NCBI GenBank assembly: GCA_038496445.1
Contig: JALMLS010000447.1
Span: forward strand, 62,001 to 126,000
Origin: Trichosphaerium sp. ATCC 40318
Lineage: Eukaryota > Protista > Tubulinea
DNA length: 64,000 bases
Direction: 5' to 3'
The notes under the pieces were generated by a model, which saw only the letters and a list, made by a program, of their open reading frames with translations, ran no database searches and had not been told where the DNA came from. Shown one piece after another: positions 55,325-64,000 of this stretch; the first letter of the stretch is position 1, and each line of letters begins with the position of its first letter. The position numbers and the translations under genes are program-made.

Positions 55325-56992
55325 ATGATTCATGTTACACAGTCTGATATGGTGCTTAAAGTAATAGTACTAGGTGATTCCGGGCACGTAGAAAGTATTT
55401 TTAATTAAAACAAACAAAAACCATCATTTTTAGACTGTACATGTATATCACGTGACCGTAATTGCGGTTTTTTTAGTTAAGAATTTTTAACGTAAGGAAC
55501 TACACATAAAAGTGCTTACAATGGTTTAATTATAGCGTCGGGAAGACTAGTTTGATCCAAAGATTCGTTAAAGGAGAGTTTACAGAAAAGTACAAGGAGA
55601 CGATTGGAGCGGATTTTACTACTCAGGCTATAGCCGTAGGTGAAAAGTATAATAAAATAAGGCTACAGATATGGGATACAGGTTCGTTTAAACGTTCAGG
55701 TTTTTACGAAACGAAAAAAAAAACGTTTTTTGGCAAACACAAAATGACGACATAAGGAATCTTTCTTTGTTTTTTTTTTGTTTTGCTACGGATTCCCTTT
55801 TTCTGAACTTGCATTGTTCGTAGTACGGTTGAGAATGAACAAAAATCAATTGAGTTAATGGTTTTGTTTTGATAAAAACGTTACGTATCACGTGGGCGTA
55901 AACAAGATTTAACAAAACGCAAAATACTGCAGTATTGTTTTTTTTTTTTTTTGAAATTACTTGAGCGTTTTTGCAGTATGTGTACCACAATCTTCATTAT
56001 AGTAGTACCGCTATATCTCTCTTATTCAAATTTAATTATAATAATCATCTTTCAATCACGTGGTTCATTCACACTGGTTTTCAGACCGAAAAACACAAAA
56101 AAGTCACCTAATAAATATTTACCCATTTATTTAGCTGGTAAGTACGACCTTTTGAAATAAAGAGTCTCATGTTATAGGACGTATTTGATTTTTGAATTAA
56201 AGGACAAGAGAGATTTCAGTCCCTTGGAAGTATATTTTACAGAGGAGCAGATGCAGTTATACTTGTTTTTGATATAACAAGCCTATCGTCTTTCCAAAGG
56301 CAAGTCAAAAAAATCTCACCTTTTTTTATCACTCGTTTTTTCGCTAAGTTTTTGTTGAACTAGCTTAGATAGATGGCGTAAAGCTTTTCTACAACGTGCT
56401 GCACTTAAAAAAAATACAGTGTTTCCTTTCTTTATTGTTTCAAACAAGTCAGATTTGGCTAAACAGCAGCGGGTTCGTAATAAACTTTTTATTCTTTTCA
56501 CTCTTTTTTTTGGGTAATTTTTTTGCTTTCAGCAAGTATCAGAGAGGGAAATAAAAGCATGGCTAAAACAACATGGAATCAAGCGTGTATAGTACGTATA
56601 CTAAAATATTACAAAAGCAAGGACAAGTTTTTTTTACTGCTTCAAAAAAAAAACTGGAAAAAAATAAGAAAACCCCGAAAGTGTCTTGTTTGTTCTAGCG
56701 CTCCTTACATCAAATTGATTATGGCGAAATTTGCTATATGCTTATAACAACTTAGTAATTGCTCCGCCAAACTCGGAGAAGGTGTTACAGAAGTATTTGG
56801 AGACTTAGCACTCTCAGTACGTCAAAAACTCAGTTTCCTTCAGTTTTTTTTTTCTTAATGTTGCGCGTTTAGTGTTTTCTTGGGTTTGATGATGTCATTC
56901 AAGTTCAAGAAACATGTAAACCTGAACCTGTTGTACTAAGGGAAGACAGCAAAGATATTTTACCACAACAAACTAGGCGGTGTAACTGCTAA
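55325..56992 (+). CDS. Rab7-like small GTPase
   Basis: [10 protein letters not shown]|[39 protein letters not shown]-terminal CNC prenylation motif. The model needs two GC-AG introns and a 3-nt microexon. Confidence 0.9.
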
Positions 56993-57319
56993 AAGATGTA
57001 AATTGTGTAAAGAAAAAAAAAAGTTATAATGTATTAAGTTCAAATTGCCTTCACGTCTTATGGTTCGCTACTGCTTCAAAAACTCAGTGAATGTCTGTGC
57101 CCAAATTCTGGTACTCTTATTGAAATACGTAATTATAGGCTGAGATAGATACCTCGTGCTTGGCAACAAGAGGCACAAAAGAAAATGTTGTTGACATTGA
57201 AATAGTGCAAATTTCAATAGGTTGTTCTGAAAGCTTATGCATCCCTACAACCAGATTGACAAGCTTTACATAGGTTTTATTTGGTTACATGGAAAATCAG
57301 TGAAGTAAAGCAACATAGG

Positions 57320-58962
57320 TTACATAAACGGGTATATTGAGAGTTTATATTGTACAACCTTTTCCCATTCAAAAACTGTTTCGGGAAAAATCTCAATCTC
57401 AATTTTTGCTCTCATGTAGAAATAATCTGTAGTCTTCTTTTCAATGTAGTCAATAGCTTCTTTATAGTCTAGATTTATAAATGAGATCATCAAAAACACA
57501 GTTTAGCAACTAGAACTTTTTTATCATGTAGAAAAAACACGTGACATGAAAGGACAGTTGTTTTCAAAAGTTAAGGTTTGAACGACTTTAAAAACAATTG
57601 AAATCTGACTGACTCAGACTCATAGGTTCGTATACATAAGATTGTTTGCAACAAGTAATCCAAAAAAGACTCACCTTCAAAAAAAGGAACAGAGTGATTC
57701 CTATCATGGTTGTACTTGTTCCATTTTAATTTTTTCATATATTCTTTGTATTCTTGTAAACCTTCTAATACTATGATAATATCTTGTTCATACTTGTCTT
57801 TGTTATGCTCATATTCTCTAAGAAACAACTTGTTGAATTTGTTCTCAATAAAAACTACTTCATCATCTTCTTTGGTTGTTGGTATGTAATCCATTAATGA
57901 TACAAAAAACACATATTTGTCAATGTCACACATAGCAACATTCCTTGAACGGTGACTGTACCAGTCAGTTTTAAAATACTTTGAAATATCTATAATACTA
58001 TATAGGTCAGTTAGAAAGAATACATAAGATTTTTTGGGTGCTGTGAATGCAAAAGACTTACAATGATGGTCTATCCGAAATGTTTACTGAACACTCAAAT
58101 ATTCCGGTGGGTGATTGTTTGAGAATATTGTCATCTGTTCTTTTTTGCTGTTTACAACACATATCTAACAAGTACTGCTCTGTATTTGTGTTAACTCTGA
58201 GCATTCTTATGATAAACAAGTACGTACTTTGAGAGTCAATTGATGTGTTGTCACTACCAATGATACCAATGTGAAGTTTCCGATGTTTCTGTTTCCGTTT
58301 GTGTTTGGCCAAATATTGGTCAATTGTGTTGTTTGTGTTCAAACCAGACTTCACTAACTTTGTGAGACATCTTGCTTTCTTTGATACTTGCCATGTTGAT
58401 GATGAGATGGGGTATTCTATATAGGTCTTTATTAGTACTGATTTAATAATGAGAGCAGGAGAAATGGATGAAAAGAAGAAAGGGATGTACGCCAATAGTT
58501 GCGGTTATCTTTGAAGAAAGGTTTCAATCCTTGACTTATCTATCATCACGTGTTAGATTTTTAGTGTCACGTGATAAGTCTTACGATAGACACAGTGCAT
58601 TTGTGTATGTATTTAGATTCATTGCTAATAATGTGATGAAGCATACGACAAACAGAAGAAAGAGAGATCAAGTCGTATCCTTCAAGGTTGTCCAAAAACT
58701 CGAAAATTATTTCAGTTGGACAATCTACGAACCAACGTTTTAGAGTCACAGAAACTGACTTCAACGCGTAATTGGTACCTGTGAAATAGCATTTGGATGT
58801 ATTGGGCCTCGTTTTGGTGTAACGGCTTTGATGAGATGGTAAAACCAATTGAGGACCATGAATAAACGGGTCTTGCGTATGAACAGCGTATGATACTATC
58901 CTATTTGAAGTTTAAACAAGTTTTAGTTTAATACTCGTTTATCACCTTTCAAACGACTCCAT
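57320..58962 (-). CDS. F-box fused to a degenerate G-alpha GTPase domain, copy A
   Basis: F-box FVDCPTEIIFEFLDNLEGYDLISLSSVCRMLHHII; then IDQYL...LHIGIIG...TDDNILKQSPTGIFE...IIDIS...KYVFFVSLMDY...DIIIVL...DYKEAIDYIEKK, colinear with G-alpha. Confidence 0.72.
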
Positions 58963-59284
58963 CAAGATTTCACGGCATTGAAGTTGCCATAGCTTTTGTT
59001 TTAGTCTTTTTTTCTCCTTTACAGCTGTTAACTTTGATTAAAAATACCCACCAAGCTAGTACCTGTTCTAACGTTACTATCGTCTTTTTCATCTTGGACG
59101 TGCAAACACGTGGGACGTTACAGACTTGAAAAGATGATAGCTTAGCACAATTTGATGTTAAGGGAGGTTACAAGAAGTTAGTACACTAGTTAGATGTACA
59201 CCAGCCATTGGTAAGTTGCAAGTAGTAAGTTTTATTCAAAGGACGATACATTAGGAAGGTTACCACAGAGTAAATGTATTTGTA

Positions 59285-59641
59285 CTATATATTGATGCCA
59301 AGTGTTGTCCTCATCGATGGATTTGAAGGATTCTCATCTATTTGCATAAATTTTTTTCGAAGATTGTCAACACTAAAGTTGACAGCACGTGCTACAAGAT
59401 TTTTGTAATTTATGTTTTTATTGTTGCTTGACTTGTATTTATTAAACTTCTTTGGGTATGCTGTACATAGAATTAATTTCCATAGATAATTTGTTTGTGT
59501 TTGTTCATGAAGGTGTTTACAAGTTCTTGACAAAGATACAGTAACTGCTGGGGCTGAGAGATTACAACACTGGATTATTTTGTACAGGCACTCTGTTGGA
59601 AGGTTATTTATACTGTTTACATCTTCTGGTATTGCTGTCAC
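59285..59641 (-). CDS. Small F-box protein (start uncertain)
   Basis: INNLPTECLYKIIQCC...SLSRTCKHLHEQTQTNYLWKLI...NYKNL is an F-box with its downstream helix. Confidence 0.65.
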   Translation of the reverse strand: MTAIPEDVNSINNLPTECLYKIIQCCNLSAPAVTVSLSRTCKHLHEQTQTNYLWKLILCTAYPKKFNKYKSSNNKNINYKNLVARAVNFSVDNLRKKFMQIDENPSNPSMRTTLGINI

Positions 59642-59939
59642 GTTTTATGGCGTTAACCACAATTATTAAGGTAACTTTCGACAAAATTCACTGTTTTCAC
59701 GGAAGTAGGAAAGTTTAGTGATGTTAAACAACTGACTCGCATTCAAAGTAGTCGACTAGTTAACTAGTTAACTTGTTCTTGTTCTCGTTTACCATTGATC
59801 TGTTTCAATTGGCCATTGTAGTACACGTGTTTCACAATGGACATTAAGGAATACAGTCACCTTAAGCTTTCATATCACGTGGTGTAGCAGTAATCTTGAT
59901 AGCATTGGTTTACATACCACCTCCACACTCTTTCTACCG

Positions 59940-60632
59940 ATGAATACTTCAGAATCGTCTCCTTTTCGTATATTTCTCCTTCCAGTTGAGCTACAGCTAG
60001 ATATTATCGAATGGGACGCAGAAGTGTATATGAAATGGCCTGTTTTATCAAAACAGGCAGCAACAACCAGGTTTGATGATGACTTGAATAAACACGGAAA
60101 GTGGCTGAAACTAGCACCTACACAAGTTCATAATGAGTGTAAGGAATGTACAAGTGTCGTACAGTATTGGAAGCACGGTAAACAGGACGGCCTGTACAGG
60201 TATTTCAATGCCAATGGCCAGTTAATTTTGCAGTGTTATTACGTGAATAATAAGAAAGAAGGAGAGCAAAAAGAGTGGTATTATCATGGTAAATTAAGGA
60301 GACATTGTCATTTTGTTGATGATAAACTACAAGGAGAGTATAAAATATGGTTTGACAATGGTGTACTATGTACACGTGCAAATTATGTTGGAGATAAGCA
60401 AGAAGGTGAACAAACATGTTGGTTTGGTAATGGTGTATTGTTTGATCTATGTAACTATTGTGAGGGTAAACGGCATGGAGAGTATAAGAAGTGGTATAGA
60501 AATAGTCAGTTGGAAGAACATTGTCAGTATGTTCATGGTAAACGACATGGAGAGTATAAAAAGTGGTCTACTGAAGGTAGATTGCTTTATCATTATCACT
60601 ATGATCATGGCAAAAAACAAGTCAACAAATAA
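59940..60632 (+). CDS. Intronless F-box-like + MORN-variant (YwqK/MORN_2-like) repeat protein
   Basis: IFLLPVELQLDII (F-box-like) plus 24-aa repeats such as GKRHGEYKKWYRNSQLEEHCQYVH. Confidence 0.82.
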   Translation: MNTSESSPFRIFLLPVELQLDIIEWDAEVYMKWPVLSKQAATTRFDDDLNKHGKWLKLAPTQVHNECKECTSVVQYWKHGKQDGLYRYFNANGQLILQCYYVNNKKEGEQKEWYYHGKLRRHCHFVDDKLQGEYKIWFDNGVLCTRANYVGDKQEGEQTCWFGNGVLFDLCNYCEGKRHGEYKKWYRNSQLEEHCQYVHGKRHGEYKKWSTEGRLLYHYHYDHGKKQVNK

Positions 60633-61050
60633 ATGTTTATATCACAAAAACAGCCATTCACAAAAGGTGCAAACATAATTGCAGAAAAGAATTCTGCGTT
60701 AAACTTTTTTTTTGAGTTATAATGGCTAAGTTTTGCATAGTTTACTATCACAAGAATTGCCATCCATTGAAATACATTTTCTGTAATGACTTATCTTCAA
60801 GGTGGAGACTTTAGGGAATCTAAAAACCTTTCTTTTCAATCACGTGTTTTAAAACGGTTTGTTTAGGAGTTGCGTTTGAATATTACCACAGCAAACAGCG
60901 CTGATTATTTTTGGTATGATGGATCACCTGTAAGTCCTGTTGTGGCTAGATTGTATGTTGCTAATGTAATTGATTGACAACAATTGCCTACGCTTACCAA
61001 TGGCGTGGTAAATTAATTATAATGTGGTAGGTGTGTTGTTCTAATGTTTA

Positions 61051-62450
61051 TTAAATGCAAAATCCAATATGGGGTGTTAAGGCATAGTTTACTATTGCAA
61101 CAATTTTCGTCCATTGAAATACATTTTCCAATATGACTGATGCATTGGCATGTCTTTTCTTTATCTTTCTTTCAATGTACTTAATAGATTCCCTAAACTC
61201 TCCACCTTAAAGAAAGTTAGTCTTGAACCACAAACAACCAAATGTACCTTCAAAGTCAGGAAAGCAAGTGTTTAATGGAACTGTTTTGATGCTTTTCCTG
61301 AATTCCCTGATGTCCTCAAAGACAACAATGGTTTGCTTGGTTTTTATTGCTATGGCGTCTGAGATATATTGTAGTCTTTCATGAATGGGAAATACTCCAT
61401 CCGGTGTTGGTAAGTAATCCATCAATGACAAGAAGAAAACATATGCATCCCAATCAAAGAAGTCCCTGAATCGTTTTGTTGTGAGCTTGGGTGTAAACTT
61501 TGAAATAGCTGTAATGCTGCAATAGTTGTTAAATGGGTAGTAAGAAAAAAGGGAGAGAATTGTATATTAAAAAAGAACAGTACTGTAATGTGTTACTAAG
61601 AACTGGTTTGAAGCACTCAAAACATCCTTGTGGTTCTTCTTCTTGTTCCAATTTGTAATTCCCTAAATCTTTTGTCATTCAAAGTACTCTAACGACATGT
61701 TAAACAACATACTGTCAGGTGGCTCAAATGCTGTGTAATTATAACCAATGATACCAGCACGAATTACACGAACTCTTTGTGTAATATGAAGGTGTTGATC
61801 GATTGTTTTGTTTATTTTCAAACCAGACTTAAACAACCTTGTGAGACATCTCGCTTTCTTTGATAATTGCCATGTTGATGATGAGAAGGGGTGTTCTAAA
61901 TATTATTTAGAATGAGAGCAAGAGAAGTGGAAGTAAAGAAGTAAAGAAGAAAGGGATGTACGCCAATAGTTGCAGTTGTCTTTAAAAAAAGGTTTCAATC
62001 TTTCACTTGTTTGTAATTTTGTCTATTATCACGTGGTAAGAGTTTCGGTTATCACGTGTTTTCAAATCTTACGATGGACTCAATACATTTGTGTATGTAT
62101 TTAGATTCATTGCTAATAATTTGATGAAGCATACGACAAACAGAAGAAAGAGAGATCAAGTCATATCCTTCAAGGTTGTCCAAGAACTCGAAAATTATTT
62201 CAGTTGGACAATCTACAAACCAACGTTTTAGAGTCACAGAAACTGACTTCAACGCGTAATTGGTACCTGTGAAATAGCATTTGGATGTATTGGGCCTCGT
62301 TTTGGTGTAACGGCTTTGATGAGATGGTAAAACCAATTGAGGACCATGAATAAACGGGTCTCGTGTATGAACAGCGTATGATACTATCCTATTAGAAGTT
62401 TAAACAAGTTTTAGTTTAATACTCGTTTATCACCTTTCAAACGACTCCAT
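61051..62450 (-). CDS. F-box fused to a degenerate G-alpha GTPase domain, copy B
   Basis: Same F-box as copy A; then IRAGIIG...EPQGCFE...AYVFFLSLMDY...PIHERLQYI...TIVVFEDIREFRKSIKTVPLNTCFPDFEG|GEFRESIKYIERK. Confidence 0.75.
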
Positions 62451-62885
62451 CAATATTTCACGGCATTGAAGTTGCCATAGCTTTTGTTTTAGTCTGTTTT
62501 TCTCCTTTACAGCTGTTAACTTTGATCAAACATCGACGTTGTACCTGTTGTAACCTTGATATTCTCTTTTCCATCTTAAATACGCACGTGTGGATGTAAT
62601 AGTCCAATCTACAAACCCAGTTCTTTGAATGATGGACAAAGACTTACTGCGCTCACAAACCTGAAACTCTGTCATAAAATTTCGCATCATATGCGCTGCA
62701 GAAATGAGTGTCTGACATGACATTATTATGTGTAGTTAAGTATCATCCGGGTAACCACCCGAAGTACAAAGATAGCCAAATATTTGACTATTTTAAAGAA
62801 ACATAAATAGTGAATAAGTGTGCAAACAACACGTGATAAAATTATATTTATTTAGTATCGAGCAATTACAGCCAGCTACTACTCC

Positions 62886-64000
62886 TTAAATGATAGTATC
62901 AGGGCTTGCATCTACATGTTCAAAAATCCATTGCTGATCCCTGTTCATAATATTTGTAGATCCTACTACAACCTATTCATCGTTAAGCATGTTATTAGCT
63001 TGGAAAGAAGACATACGTTTTGACCTTTTTTTCCTCCTGCGCCACCATCAACGGATCCATAAGTACCAAACAGTCTAAATGCTCCATTTGGACCAGGAAC
63101 TTTTCTCCATTTTTGGTTAGGATGTGTGTTACAACTCCATACTCGTATGTTAAAGTCATCTCCGTAAAGACAGTGCTGTGTATTTTTCTTTTTGTACTGG
63201 TATAGGTTATTACCCAATGGAATCTCAACCCATTGTTGATTATCGTTATTAGCATCATACCTCCAAAGGTAAACCTTTCGCAATAAACATGTCAGCAAAG
63301 ATGGACAAGAACAATATTAATCATGAGCAAACAAGTAATAAGTATGTACTAAAACAAGGGTCCTCATGACAACAAAACTATTGAGGCATGTCGTACATTT
63401 TGACTTTGTGCTATATCATTGTCCAAAGCAAACTTAAGGTTATTGCTCTTTCTGAGTATATACATATTGTTACTTTCAAGTGACACTGATGATCCGGTGT
63501 ATCTTGGTAAGCAACCAAGTTTGATTCTTGAATCGATATACTGGCATGCAATGCTTTGGCTATTTCTAGAAAATCTATCGTACAACCAAGATCTAAAAGA
63601 AAACATGAGAAAAAACCGCGAAAAAAAACCAAAAATCTCCCACAAACAACATCACGTGATGAGTTTTCTCTTTTGTTTGTAATAACTCACGGATTATTTT
63701 GTAGGCCCGAATTCATTAAACCAAGACCTCTAGGATCATGAGGCATATCAACCAAGTGACCAACCTCATGTGATATGATTCTACGAAACTTGTACGGTGC
63801 ATAAAATCTAGCATGACACCTTGAGCTTCTTTGCTATTTTTCTTGTTAGATCAACATCTATCTACGGCAGTACTTACACACAAGTCCCCCAGTGGAGCAG
63901 CACCTGCAGCACCAAGATCCGGACAGTCGTGAACCAGTATTCCAGCTGCTACAGTAGACGGTACATTCAAAAGTTCTCTCCAATTATCCATAGTACTAAG
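62886..64000 (-). CDS. Protein with C-terminal ricin-B-type (QxW) lectin domain; 5' part outside the window
   Basis: NDNQQW, HPNQKW and NRDQQW repeats with CL...VWSC. Confidence 0.75.

Noticed and set aside
1-64000. Alternative genetic code, or abundant U12 introns
   Set aside because: In-frame stops fall in introns, TAA and TGA end genes normally, and the donors and branch points I examined are U2-type.

Overview
Gene-dense, intron-rich, AT-rich eukaryotic DNA, probably from an amoebozoan-type protist (inference). Introns are mostly short, with GTACGT/GTAAGT donors and CTAAC-like branch points, so the ORF track fragments most genes; I rebuilt them by manual splicing. Housekeeping and signalling genes: LSM14, RRP4/EXOSC2, an FGD-like DH-PH-FYVE RhoGEF, a FYVE-TPR protein, a KCTD-type BTB protein, two copies of a secreted DOMON gene, a Pro/Thr mucin-like membrane protein, a peroxisomal carnitine acyltransferase, an ATP-dependent DNA ligase fused to a nuclease-like domain, a metallothionein-like protein, a canonical G-alpha, a cystathionine/methionine gamma-lyase, glycogen phosphorylase, a STE20/STRAD-like pseudokinase, a Rab7-like GTPase and a partial ricin-B lectin gene. 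At least 8 F-box genes plus relics are also present. The most striking are two tandem genes (57.3-62.5 kb) fusing an F-box to a G-alpha-derived domain that lacks the helical domain and the nucleotide-binding motifs, resembling a natural 'mini-G' pseudo-GTPase SCF adaptor. Other highlights are a 3-nt microexon, four GC-AG introns, roughly 10-fold CACGTG enrichment and a palindrome array upstream of the metallothionein. All coordinates and family calls are by-eye and need database confirmation.
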